Shown in pieces: positions 36,301 through 48,739 of a DNA stretch of 64,000 nucleotides; within the stretch, counting starts at the first letter, position 1, and each line of letters starts with the position of its first letter. Position numbers and translations under genes: made by a program. This DNA is from Emiliania huxleyi CCMP1516. Its lineage: Eukaryota. The notes under the pieces are model-generated. The model was not told the DNA's origin. It searched no databases and saw nothing but the letters and a program-made list of their open reading frames with translations. The stretch spans positions 413,660 through 477,659 of the forward strand of contig NW_005201392.1 in the NCBI RefSeq assembly GCF_000372725.1, read 5' to 3'.

Positions 36301-36780
36301 TAGGCCGGACCAGTCTTCGCCCCGCCTCAGCGCCTCGCCAAGCCCCCTCGCCACGCGGTCGAGATCGTCGCCTGCTCTCGCCCAATCTCGCGTCATCTCG
36401 CGTCACTCTCGCGTCAGCTCGCGACGCGGGCGAGCTCGCCGCCGCCGCCGCCTCCACCTCCGCCGCCGCCGCCGCCCTCCCACCCCCCCTCGTGCTCGCT
36501 CCCCTCCCACCTCGTCAGGCCGCCGCCCGCGCCCCTCCCTTCGCCTCCCGCCTCAAGCCCGGGCAGCGACGCGGCCGGCGGCGGGGTGGGGCCGAGGCGG
36601 CGGTAGCCGCTGTAGCCGCCGTAGCCTCCAAACCCGCCCGACGCCTCTTCTGCCTCGACTGCGAGAGAGGGGGGAGGGGGGTGGGAGAGAGGGGGGGGTG
36701 GGAGAGGGGGAAGGGAGAGGGGGAAGGGAGAGGGGGAAGGGAGAGGGGGAAGGGAGAGGGGGAAGGGTGAGAGCGAGGGG

Positions 36781-36829
<49 letters not shown>

Positions 36830-38946
36830 GGGAGAGAGAGAGAGAGAGAGAGAGGGAGGGGGGGGAGGGGGGGGGGGGGGAGAGAGAGCGAGAGGAGCGA
36901 GAGAGGGAGCGAGAGAGGGGGGGAGGTGCTGCTGCGGAGGAGGGGGGCTGGCCGCTAGTCTCGGCTAGATCTCGGCTACATCTCGCCCAAGTAGTCCTCT
37001 TCGTCCGGCAAGTCCGACGTCTCGTCGATCACTCGCCTGCCTCACGAGTGCACCCCACTCAGGACCGCCACCACATGCGGGCTGTGAACTCACGCGCAGG
37101 CCGTGAATACACACGCGAGCTGCGAAAGCGGCGGAGCGCGGTTCAAGACGGCTGGGGAGATCTGGGGAGATCTGGGGAGATCTGGGGAGCACGGTTCAAG
37201 ACGGCTGCATGCGCGTCCTCTCTGTAACACCGCTCGGCACTACGCGGACCTGCACTCCGCATCTAGGCCTCGACATCTGGGGAGATCTGGGGAGATGCGG
37301 GGAGATCTTTCCGCATCTAGACTCCACGCGCAGCGCGCGCGAGAAGAGCTCTTTCCTCCACTGCTGCTCCACCGCCATCCAGCGCTCGAAAGTGCCTAGA
37401 AGGCTCCAAGAAGGTTCCTAGAAGGCTCCTGCGGCTCCACCGCCATCCAGCGCTCGAAAGTGCCGACACGGGGGTCGTCATCTCCCGCGCCTGCGGGACA
37501 TGTCTCGGACATGTCACGGACGTGTCGTGGAGATGTCCCCGGGGCGCCCCTGGCACCGAGGAGTCCGCCACGCGTTTCTCCTCCCGCCAGCCGCCCGCCG
37601 CTGCCCCCTCCCTCCTCGCCGCCTCCTCCCTCCTCGCCGCCTCCCCCCCCCCAGTCCCGCTGCCGGCTCCGCCACGCTAGCTCGGCGGCGTCGCGCCTAC
37701 TCTAGCGCAATCTCGGGTAACCTCGCGCAATCTCGGGTAACCTCGGTACCCACGGCGCCAGCTCGGCGGCATCGCGCCTGATCGGGTCCATGTGCACTAC
37801 ATCCTGGCTCTCTCGGCTATCTCTCGGCTGTCTCTCGGCTGCCTCTCGGCTGCCTCTCGGCTTCCTCTCGGCTGTCCCTCGGCTGCCTCTCGACTGCCTC
37901 TCGTCTGTATCTCGCGCCGCAAAAAGTCAGTCGCGGCGGGGTTGCGGCGACCCCATCGCTCGGCGGAGCGCTGCGCCTCGGGCATGCGCCGGTACGCCTC
38001 CAGCGCCTCCCGCCGCCGCCGCGCCGCCTCCTCGCGCCTCGCGTCCTCGCGTTGCATCCTACCGACAAAACGGCGCAGGCAAACGCGTCCGTTGATCGGC
38101 CACGGGCAGACAGACGCCTCTGCCGGGCGCTGTGAGGCAGTGCTCGGCGGCGGTGCGAGGCGGTGTGCTGGCGCGGAGGGGGGAGGAGGAGGCGCGTCGT
38201 GGCGGGGCGGTGTAGTGAGCAGGCAGGGCGGGCGCTGCAGTTCCTGTACCTGGCGACCACCAGCTCGGCGCTGTCGCCCTCTGCAAGCTCACGGCGCATC
38301 CGAGCTAGCTCTTCGTCGCCCTCCTCTGCCGCCTCCTCCTCCGTCGCCGCCCCCGCCTCCTCTGACGACTCATCCGCCCTCCTCGCCTCCTCAGCCTTCT
38401 CCGACATGTCCTTCTCCTCTGCCACCGCCGCCACCGCCGCAGGCGCCTGCCCTGCCGCCGGTGCGCTCACGGTGTCCTTCCCGCCGTCGCCTATCGCCGC
38501 TTCGCCGCGAGGCGCCTCATGCGCCGCGCGATCCGCCTCGACGCGTGGAGGGTCCGCTGGTGTGGTTGGCGGCCGCAGCAGAGCGCCCACCTCGTCGCGG
38601 CCGCGGAGCCAGGCAAGCGGCCGCCAAGCGCACACGGCCGGGCTGGCGCGGGCCCGGACAGCAGCGCGGCGCAGGGAGGGTATTCGGCGAGCCGAGGGCG
38701 GGTCAGCTTCGCGCTGCCGCGCGTACTCCTTCCACGAGGTGCCGCTCGCGTCGCGCCTACGCGCAATGGAGCACAAGATCTGGCAAGCGGAGCCAGAGGG
38801 CCGGCGGAAGCGTTTTGACTGGAAACGCACGTGGCGTCCTGATCGACGAGCGCGACGCGCGAGGAGCGGGGTGCGACACGGGGCGCGCGAGGAGCATGCT
38901 GGACGAGCCCGGCGACGACGCACAGACCCGCCGCGAAGCGCAGCAT
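33337..38946 (-). CDS. Multi-exon gene(s) of unknown function with an N-terminal targeting-like peptide and helical/coiled-coil segments; exon structure uncertain
   Basis: MLRFAAGLCVVAGLV start; exon-like frames such as EELARMRRELAEGDSAELVVARY, QQWRKELFSRAL, WLPYMFVTYAST, RRAYLTRRLRRL and a final ..QQFLGRLLE*, separated by satellite introns. Confidence 0.5.
33686..34040. repeat. 65-bp tandem repeat (30 bp exon-end copy + GGGGAGATGT satellite); 6 copies of the 30-mer
   Basis: GGCCTGCTGCTCAAACTGCGCGGGGCCGAG at 33686, 33751, 33816, 33881, 33946, 34011. Confidence 0.95.
35640..36202. repeat. 76-bp minisatellite, ~7.4 copies, containing CCCTAA/GCCTAA telomere-like hexamers
   Basis: Unit CCTAGCCCACACAGGTAGGAAGGGCGGGCACCCCTAAGACTATRGCCGCAACCCCAACCCTAAGCCTAAGCCTAAC. 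Confidence 0.95.
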
Positions 38947-40592
38947 CGCCGGCTGCGAGGCTTGCTCTCCACCGCCGCGCCCGAATTTTTTTTTACTTTT
39001 AGATCGGGGGCCCATCGCATGGACGTGACGCCCGGACGTGGCAGCCCGCTGGCTGTGTGTCTTGTGAGCTTGTTTGTGTCTGTGTGTCGCTCGTGCGTGT
39101 CGTCATCATCTGTCCAGCGTCCACCCTACCCAACCGTAGACGGCGTGAGATAGGGTGCTGACCTTTCTCGCAAGGCTCGCCGTGGCCCCACACGGCGGCC
39201 TCTGCTTGCGTTTTCGAGCCAGGACCTTCGTCCGGGCCCACGGCCGGCACGGCGTCAAATTTTCTCGCCGATACCGCGCGCTCGGCCGCCACCGCGGCGC
39301 CTCCGAGAGCGCCGTTTCGACACGCTGCAGCCGCGGGCCGCGGCACCTCGACACACCGCCTCTCGCGCCGCCTCGAGGTGCTCCGATCGTGCACGCGGGT
39401 CGGCTCGGCACGGTGCGTGCAAATTATCGCATGTATTCGCACTCGCTGCGCCACGTATCTGCCTCTGACGGCCCGATACGCCACCCGAAGCGCCACCGGT
39501 CCACACACGCGGGGCTGCGCGACTCTCTCGCGGCCCACCGCCCTCCCACACGCCGTTCGACCTCCACACAGGCGCTCGCTCGAGCCTCGCCGTCCGGGCG
39601 GTCCTGCGCGTCCAGATCTCGGCGACCATGACCCGCCACGCGCCAGCTCTGCACCTCTCCCGCGCGCGCCCGGCTGCTGGCATGGCGTGGCGGGCGAGGC
39701 TGGCGCGCTGCGACCGGTGGAGCGCCGCGCGGGCAGCGCACCAGCCTCGCACGCACCTCTCCACTGCGCCGCGTGCGCCGCTGGCAGTGTGCTGCGAGGC
39801 TCAACATGTGGTCACAGGGTAGTCAGGGTGTGGCTTGTGGTGGCTTGTGGTGCTGATCGCTGGCTCTTAGCTCCCCGGCCCTGGATGTGAGGCTAATGAC
39901 TGCACTCCAAGTGCTCCAAGTTAGGAAGCCGCAGGTCCTAGCGCCTGATAACGTCACCGGCGCTTATTTCTTGATCTTTGGCAAGCCTCGATATTTCTAT
40001 ATTAAAACCGGCGGGCAGAGAGGGAGGGCGAGACGATCGAGGGGTCCCGTACCACGGTCCACGCGGAATCGACCCTATCCAGTGCTCAAGTGCTCAAGGT
40101 CAAGCTCGGGGCGCGTGAGCCGGACTTGTGAGCCGGACGGCTTTCATTTCTCTCTGCGTTCTCGCACAGCGAGATACTCCTTTCCGCCCCAAACTGTCAC
40201 TCCCCTTTCTCCCGGCCGGGGTGGGGCGCTAACAACAAAAAAACTTAGTGAGAAACGCCGGGCAGCGTGGCGCATTACTGAACCCTCCCATACGTGTTCG
40301 AGAGAGATTTTTAGCAATACCAAACAACTCTAACACTCACACGTAATTTGGGGCCTGGAGCCCTGTTCACGCGTCGTGTTCGTGGCTCCTCCTTCGCTGT
40401 CCCATCTCCTCATCTCTCTCCCGCCTGGGCGGGGCGGCGGGTGGGCGCGCGGTGAGGCGTGGCGTGTGAGTGTGTGCGACTGCAACGACGGACCGCTCGC
40501 AAGAGACCATTGGGTTTGTACTATTAACAACGAAGGCGCTCTCAAAAAACTTGCCGGGGGGGGGGCTGTCACCCTGGTAGGGCCCTATTAGG

Positions 40593-42735
40593 ATGGTCCT
40601 CCACTCGCTGTCTCGTGTCGCCCCAGGGCTGCTCGCGCTGCGGCCGAAGCTGACCGCCGATTCGCTGAAGCCCGGCAGGCTCCTGCGCGTGGGCAGCGCC
40701 GCCGGCCACGACGTGCATGCCGCGGTGCTGTGCTGGTGCGGCGGCGTGGCGTTCGCCGCGCCTATTGCCGGCTGGCCGCACGCGCCCGCCGTCATTTGCG
40801 GCGCGGTTCCAGCTGAGGCGGCCGAGAGCGCCGTGCTCCTTGACGACAGCCTGGGTGCCTCGCCGGACGCTGTGGACGCGGCGGCCGAGGAGGGAGGCGT
40901 GTCGGTCATCGACTGCTTTGGCGCGCCGCTCGACAGCCCGCCGACCTCGCTGCGCGACGGGTCGAGGAGGCGCCTGCCTCTGATGGCGGTCTGCCCGGGG
41001 CAGGCGGACCTCCAGCCCATCTGCGCCAGCCTCCACACAGGCACAGGCGCCACCTGCCTTTTCGCCCTCGGGCGTGTCAGCAGCAGCCCTTGCACGCGCA
41101 CCGCCACCACCGCGGGTCTGGCGCCGACACCGCCGCCGCCATCGGCCGCAGGCACCGCCGCCATCGACGTCCTCACCCCCGTGGGGCGAGGCCAGGTGTG
41201 GCGCGCACTCTCTGTCCGCCTCCTCCGCACCTTTTCGCCCGCACCGCCGTTTGCGCCGCCCCGCCCACCCCGCCACCGCCTGCCGCGCCCCCCGGTCCAA
41301 TCAGCTATCAATTATGGCTCATTGCTCATGCATCCGCGCCCCCCAGTCCATGCTGCTGATGGGCGAGCGGGGCACCGGCAAGTCCGCCGTTGCCATCGAC
41401 GCGGTGATTGCGCAGGCGGCGCGAGACACACACACACACACTCACTCCCACATCGCTCGCCCACGCGCACTGGGCCTTGCACTTTGAATGCCGTGGGGCT
41501 CCCGTCGTCTAGACGTCGAGTCGCGAGGGCCAGCCTGGCCCTCGCCCCACCACCTTGTGTGTGCGTGGAGAAGTGTACCTGACCTCACCTCAGGCGGCGC
41601 GGCCGCTGCACTGCGTGGTTGCTCTTTCCGACCCGGGCGCCGAGGCAGCCTCGGACCTTGCCCCCCCCCCCCCTCGGTTGACGGCGTTGACGGCACGACG
41701 GCTGTGCTCAGGCTGCCCGCAGCCTCGCGGAATGGATCTGCGAGCGCGCGGATCGGCAGGTGTCGCTCTCGGCTTGCGGAGGCGCCTTTCCTCCTCCCAC
41801 GATCCTGGCAGAAGACGCGCCTGTCAGCACACGTCCACGTCCACCCGCTGCCTCCCGCTCGCCACAACTCAAAAGACATCGCACTCTCACTCCTCGACCA
41901 CCTCGTGCGCGGCGTGCAGCCTCCCCGCCTTCCCTCTTCCTCCCGCTCTCCCTCCTCTTTCTCTTGCTCCTCCTCCGCCCGCGCGCCTCCCGCCGCTCCG
42001 CTCCTCTCCACCGTTTCGCGCGCATCCCCCCCCCCCCCCCCCTTCCCCGGACAGCTCCACCACGCCCGCCCATGCCTTGCGCCCCTGCCTCCTCCCCCCT
42101 GCTTCTCAGGCCCCCTCCCGCCTCCGCTCCGGTCGCGCCTCACCCTGGTCGCCCCCAGAGGCGGCAGCGCGTCGGAGAGAGCCCTCTTCCTGGACCTTTC
42201 CTGGACCCTTCCTGGACCCCTTCCTGGACCCTTCCTGTAGGCGGCAGCGCGTCGGAGGGAGCGCTCGTCGCGGCGGCGGCTTGCGCGGTGGGCGAGAGGG
42301 TGCGCGACGGCGGCGGCCACGCCCTTGTGGTGGTCGACGGTTGGCGCGGCCTAAGCGCGGTGTGGGACCAGGCGGCGGCGGCCCTCACCTCCCCCCCCAC
42401 GAGCGCACCGGGAGAGGGGGGCGGAGGAGAGGGAGGCGGGGGAGCAGGAGACGGCGGCCGCGGCGGCGGTGCCGGCGCGGCGCATACGGCGGTCGCCGCG
42501 GCGGTGCGTCGGCGGCTCGAGGCTGCGCAGCGGGAGACCTCGGCGGAGCAGCGCGTCTTCTACGGCGCGCTGCTGCAGCGCGCGGCGCAGCTCGCCCCCT
42601 CGCTCGGCGGCGGCTCCCTCTCCCTCATCGCCGTCGCGGAGCAGCTGCCCCGGCCTTGCGGCGAGGCGCACGCGGCGCCGTTGGCGGCGGGTGGCGACGG
42701 CGGTGGCGAGGGCCAAGGCGGCGGCGGCGGCGGCC

Positions 42736-42776
<41 letters not shown>

Positions 42777-44323
42777 GATGTGGCTTTCCCGCTCGATCGG
42801 TTCTCGGACCGGCCCCGCTCGCAGCGCTTGCGGCTCGAGGCGCTCGCTGCGCGGGGCGTGCCGCTGACTGCCGCAACGCTCCGCGTCATCGGGATCCCGC
42901 CTCCTGCCTCCCCTTTTGGCGCTCCTGTCACGCGGCTGCCGGGCGGTGGGGGCGAGGGCGAGGGCGAGGGCGAGGGCGAGGGTGAGGGCGAGGGCGAGGG
43001 TGCGGGCCAGGGCGCGGCCGCAGCGAGCAGCGCGGCGTTGTTCGCCGCGCGAGCCAGTTGGTCCCACATTGACCAGCTGCAGTCGCTCGCAGACGGCGCC
43101 GCGCCCTAGAAGCGGAAGATCTCCCCATATCTCCCCGTATCTCCCCGTATCTCGTGCCCTAGAAGCGGAAGGGGGAGCCGTGGAGTCCGACGGGCGCTCG
43201 AGAGGACGCGTATTCGGCTGCACTCGACCGCTGTATTCGTCGCCCGTGTACCCACGCGGTGCTCTGAGCACACCGCACGAGACCGTGTTCACACCCTGGC
43301 CTCGGCGTGTTCGGCTGCACTCGACCGCTGTATTCGTCGCCCCTGTAGCCACGCGGTGCTCTGAGTACACCGCACGAGACCACCCTCCCGCCCCCGCCTC
43401 GGCGTGTTCGCAGCATAGGCCACGATGCGCTGCTACCGCACCACCCACGGGACTGAACCCGCACTGGATTCGACCACTCTGGAGGTATGGTAGGCCACGT
43501 TCAGCTGCTTGCCTCCGAGTGGGCCCGCGGGGTGCGGCCGGCGCTGCGGCCAGCCGAGTCGATCGCGCGCGTCGGCGTTGGGTCGGACACGGCGAAGCGT
43601 CCACGGCCAGCATCGGCGGCGATGTTGCGGCTATCGGTGGGGCACGCCTCTGGCGACAGCGTGTGTGGGCCGTTTTCTGCCACGTTTTCTTCTTCTTGTC
43701 GGCAGGCGGGGTTGCGGCTCGAGCTGGCGCAGGCGGAGGATTTGCCGGCCGCTCTCGGCGACGCGCACACGCGGCTGCAACAGACGCGCGCACGCGCACT
43801 GGCGGCGGTGCTCGGCACGCACCGGGAGGGGGTGCCGCTGGCTCTGTCGCAGCAGGTGGCTGCCTGGACCCTTGCCCCAGCACCTTATGTGTGTGGAGAA
43901 GCTCACTTGACCCTACCTAGCAGGTGGCGCTGCTCCTCGCGATCCTCGACGGGCGCGCCGCCGTCGCCCTCCGCACTCCCGTCACGAGCCCATCGACCTC
44001 GCCGGCCCTGCCTCGCCCTACAGACGCTTCGGCCACAAATGAATGAATGAATGAATCAGTCCATTTTGCCGCGCCCCAGGCGCCTCGACCACCTTGCCAC
44101 CGCCGCGCCCGCCACCGCTGCCGAGGAGGTGGCGGGTTTGCTCGATAAGCTGCGCGCCTCGCCCACCGCCGCCGCCGCATTGCGCGCCGTCGACGAGAGC
44201 GAGGAGCTGGCGCCGCCGGAAGAGTCGGCTCTGCTCGCCGCCATCGCCGAGCACATGCCGCGTGCGGGCGGGCGTGGTTTGTTTGCCTCGTGGCAGACGA
44301 CTGCGATTGCGACTCGGAGTTGA
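40593..44323 (+). CDS. Divergent F1-ATP synthase alpha-subunit-like protein, multi-exon
   Basis: VIDCFGAPLD; QPICASLHTG/TAAIDVLTPVGRGQ; LLMGERGTGKS.AIDAVIAQ; GERVRDGGGHALVVVD; VFYGALLQRAAQL..GGGSLSLI; SLADGHVQL..GVRPAL...SIARVG; LRLELAQ. Confidence 0.85.
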
Positions 44324-45797
44324 TCCGCATGCATTTTATATTTTATTGCACGTTGCTCGTTGGCCCTCGGGTTCGACGTGTTTCGTGTTCCGGCGCGCGA
44401 TACAAGGCCCATCAAGCAGCCAGAGAGAGAGAATTAGGCTTTAGCCTCCAGCTGCGCGGCATTTGAGTGGCGCAGTGGCTTCTGGTGCAATCTCATGGGT
44501 ACGACGGCGTCAACGCCTCGGGTATGACTTGCTTGTTGCTACTTCAAGATCGCACCACGAGCGAGTGACGGGTAATCGTGGCCGTGGCCAAGAAAGATAT
44601 CAAATATTAAGGGCTTATTTTGCCTACCGCGAAAAACTCGACGGTTTTGGGCGTTTCAGAGCACGCTGAACAGATTGGCTTAGCTCTATAATTCTCGCCA
44701 GCCCTTTCCTTTCATAATTATTGACTCAAAACCTCTGCGCCGCGCAGATGAGCTCCGCCTCGTCTGCGTCGAGGACGCCCATCGCAGGGCTGTCATAGCG
44801 CCATATGACGTACTGCATGTTGTTCATTACTTCGCAGGTGCCAAAGTGGAGGACAATCTCACTCAGCGATGGCGAAGGCTGCACTCCCGGCCGGCGGTAG
44901 GAGAGATGAAGGCTAATGTACTTGGCGGTGCCTTCCGGCGTGAACAGTGCCCCGGTACGAAAGAGGAGGCGACGTCTCCCTCGTCCACGAGCGCCTCGAT
45001 GTGCGCATCGACGGTGTAGCCAGCTTTGAGAGACGGGAACGAGCGGCGGTGAATCGCCGACAGCGGCGCCTTCGTTTCTTTCCCGGTGGATTGCCGACGG
45101 GTGCCCTGAGCGTCGTATCTGTCGGCCCGTTGTCGCACCGCCGGCAGCAGCTCCGCAGCAGCCGCCCAGATGGCGCCGGTTAGGACAGGAGCGAAGCCGC
45201 GTGGACACGGCTGAGCGACGCCGTGCGCCTCGTTTGGATGCTGCAGGCATGCCGGGCAGCGTGAGCGCGCGCGCGCGTGCTCCATACCGCGTCGGGCGCC
45301 CGCCGAAATCTTCGATTTCTTTGGCGTATCTAGATAGGGGACCAAAAACCCTGAACATTTTCTTCGCCTGCGGCGGGCAATTAACTTCGATACTTTCGCT
45401 TTCACAGCTCTTTCACACGATTTTATCCGTCACTCGCTCGACTCAGTTCTTTCTTCCAGACTCGGAGATTAATTAGGCTGAACAAGGTTTTCCTCGCACC
45501 CCGTCTCTTTTCCTTTCCTTTTTTCTCTGCAGCACCCTCTCTTTTCCTCTCTATTTTCCCGGGAGAACCATCAAATTTTCCGGGCTCTGAGCCGAGTCTG
45601 AGGCTGGTTTGGGCCCAAAATCAGCCAAATCGGCAAAATACCGGGTATTTTGCGGGTATACCTGGAAAACCCCGGGTATACCTGGAAAATATCCTGCGAC
45701 CGCCTGGGTATCGTGCCGATTTCCTCAATTTTGCGTCAGATTTTGCCCCAGACCAGCTCTCAGACTCAGGGAAACTCGCGAGTTTCCAGAATGGAGC

Positions 45798-46682
45798 CTG
45801 AGGGAGGGTGTAGAGGATGTAGAGTGTAGAGCGCTGTAGAGCTGTAGAGATGTAGAGCGCTGGAGAGCGCTGTAGAGCTGTAGAGCTCTACATCCGCCGC
45901 GTGACGAAGCGCCTCCGTTGTAGAGCGATGTAGAGGCGCTCTACAACGTGAAATCTCTACAACAAACTCTACATCATAAGCGGCGAACGAGGCACGGTCG
46001 CTCTCCGACATGAGGCGCGTTGCACTTGCCAGTGCTGCCCTGGCCTTCTGTCTGCCCGCCCAAATGGGTGGCAGGTGCCTCTGCTGCTATGGCATGCCTC
46101 ACGGCTGCGACTGGCCGGCGCCTCGGCGCGTCAGCTCGGCTCGGCGTAGCGATAGTGGCCAGCGCAACTCGCCTGGACTGTCTCAACGCTCAGCCAGGAG
46201 CTCCCGCACGCGCTGGCGCGAGTCATGGCGCATGCAACGCGCCTGAATGCTCGCCTCGCCTCGCGCAAATGCGACCGTCCTCGCAGCCGACAACCGCCTG
46301 CTAAAGAAGCACAGCAACGAATGCGGCACCGGCGACGGGCTGGTCATGACGCAGTTATAGGGTGTTGTGTGCCGTCAGAGTGACTCTCTGTGTGTCAGGG
46401 ATAGTCAGGGCTGTCCATCAGAGCTCCAGTAAGCTCGGAGACACCCCATTAGCGCGGCTCGACCTCTTTGAGTCACTGCCTTCCCGGCGGTTTGGCTGTA
46501 GAGCCTCTACAACAAACTCTACAACAAAATCGCGCTCTACATCGCTCTACAACGGAGGCGCTTCGTCACGCGGCGGATGTAGAGCTCTACAGCTCTACAT
46601 TGCTCTACAGCGCTCCAGGGCGCTCTACATCTCTACAGCTCTACAGCGCTCTACACTCTACATCCTCTACACCCTCCCTCAG
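45798..46682. mobile_element. Non-autonomous DNA transposon (hAT-like, 885 bp) with long TGTAGAG-rich TIRs
   Basis: Termini CTGAGGGAGGGTGTAGAGG / CCTCTACACCCTCCCTCAG; imperfect inverted repeat of ~140 bp; 8-bp TSD AATGGAGC (45790-45797 / 46683-46690). Confidence 0.9.
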
Positions 46683-46951
46683 AATGGAGCACCAAACACC
46701 CTCTGTTTTCCCTGGAAATTTCCGGAAACGCAAAGTGCTGGGGACCCTCTGTTTTCCTTTTTGTTTGCCGGAAAAGCTTGTGCAGGCCAACTCGGAGAAG
46801 AGTCGTGATTTCTGGCGCTTGGTTGTCAAACAAAAATCGCTCCTCCTGGCTCCCTGCAGCGGAATGAGAATGGCCAGAAAGTAGGTGAGTCCGTGCATGA
46901 TTTATTTCACTCAAGATGCGGCTCTAAAGAACGAGGTGAACTTGGTGTGTG

Positions 46952-47647
46952 CTGAGGGAGGGTGTAGGTAGAGGATGTAGAGTGTAGAGCGCTGTAGAGC
47001 TGTAGAGCTGGGGAGCGCTGTAGAGCTGTAGAGCTCTACATCCACCGCGTGACGAACTGCGTGCGTTGTAGAGCGATGTAGAGGCGCTCTACAACGTGAA
47101 ATCTCTACAACAAACTCTACATCATAAGCGGCGAACGAGGCACGGTCGCTCTCCGACATGAGGCGCGTTGCACTTGCCAGTGCTGCCCTGGCCTTCTGTC
47201 TGCCCGCCCAATGGGTGGGAGGTGCCTTTGCTGCTGTGGCATGCCTCACGGCTGCGACTGGCCGGCGCCTCGGCGCGTCAGCTCGGCTCGGCGTAGCGAT
47301 AGTGGCCAGCGCAACTCGCTTGGACTCAACGCTCAGCCAGGAGCTCCCGCACGCGCTGGCGCGAGTCATGGCGCATGCAACGCGCCTGAATGCTCGCCTC
47401 GCCTCGCGCAAATGCGACCGTCCTCGCAGCCGACAGTCCACCGCCTGCTAAAGAAGCACAGCAACGAATGCGGCACCGGCGACGGGCTGGTCATGACGCA
47501 GTTATAGGGTGTTGTGTGCCGTCAGAGTGACTCTCTGTGTGTCAGGGATAGTCAGGGCCGTCCACCAGAGCTCCAGTAAGCTCGTAGACACCCCATTAGT
47601 GCGACTAGACCTCTTTGAGTCACTGCCTTCCCGGCGGTTTGGCTGTA
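46952..47647. mobile_element. Second, right-truncated copy of the 45798-46682 element
   Basis: High identity from the left TIR through the internal region; homology stops at ..GGCTGTA before the right TIR. Confidence 0.88.
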
Positions 47648-48445
47648 CAGTGGGTTGCGGGCATTAAGAAAACAGGATTCCGCGGCACGCCGCCGTTTCT
47701 AAGCCTTTCCACAGCCCTGATCCACCCCACGCCGTGGGTTCTCAGCTCCCCGGCCGGCACTCAAGCCAGAGCCGGCCCGAAGGAGTTTTAGGTAAGAGGT
47801 AAGCTGCGGTCCGCGAGGGCGATGCCAGAGCCTGCCGCCGAGTCGGCTCTCTGGATGACGGGAAGACGCACACACACGCCTCCATCCACACACTCCACTC
47901 AGGAACACCGCAGACTTGGAAAGTGACAAGTGTGCGCGCGCCGCAGGCGAAGAGAAATTTTGAGCTGGGGCTCCCGTTCACACTCGTGGGTGGCCTTTTC
48001 TCGGGGCCGCGCCTGCGGCGCCGTAACCTGTGCTGCTGCTGCTGCTGCTGATGATGATGATGATGCTGCTCCTGCTACCCTCCCACCCGCCCGCCCTGTC
48101 CGCCCGCCCTTCGAGCCCGCCCTGCCCGCCCGCTCGCAAGGGGCCTTCACCTACACACTGGTCTGCTCCCCACATCTCCCCACACCTCCCCACACCTCCC
48201 TCTCCCCACACCTCCCCACATCTCCCCACCTCTCCCAACACCTCCCCACACCTCCCCTCTCACCTCCCCACATCTCCCCACATCTCCCTCTCCCCACATC
48301 TCCTGCATGCGTCAGGTCGTGGCGTGAAGCGTTGAGCCCGGCCTTTGAGCCGCTGTGGGATGCTCGACGACGGGTCACGCGACGGGCGAGAGATCGTCGG
48401 GCGCGGGACGTCCTATTCCCTCCGTCCGAATTTTAGGGGTTTGAG

Positions 48446-48738
48446 TGTGAAGGGGCGTGTCCTTTTCTGTGAAGGGGCGGGTAGTCTCCCTTCCAGGGCT
48501 CGCACCTCAGCCTCTCATAGACCAGGGCGGAAGTATTTTATGTATGTAAAAGAGGGATCGGCTCGATTGGACGGAGGCTGGACGCGTCCGCTGGGCACAT
48601 GCTGACTGAGCCGCCAGGCAAAGCTTGTGCTGTGAATAGCCCAGCGCTGACTTCTGACTGTCGTTGCTGTCTTTCCCCCTTCTCGACTGTCTGTGCTTGT
48701 GCGTCTTGGGTCCGGAGTTGTGCGTTTATGTGAATAGC
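48446..48738 (+). mobile_element. Cluster of TGTGAA-bounded retroelement 3' fragments
   Basis: TGTGAAGGGGCG is duplicated (48446 / 48468). A diverged copy of the 17-kb element's 3' UTR lies at 48477-48550. An insert with TSD TGTGAATAGC (48631-48640 / 48729-48738) follows. Confidence 0.7.
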
Positions 48739-48739
48739 A

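Noticed and set aside
40593..44323. Organellar DNA insertion (NUMT/NUPT) of atpA
   Set aside because: It is GC-rich, has spliceosomal-type introns and is highly diverged, so it is an established nuclear locus.
44726..45405. Minus-strand ORFs between the ATPase-like gene and the TIR elements
   Set aside because: Frameshifted with no identifiable motif; left unannotated.
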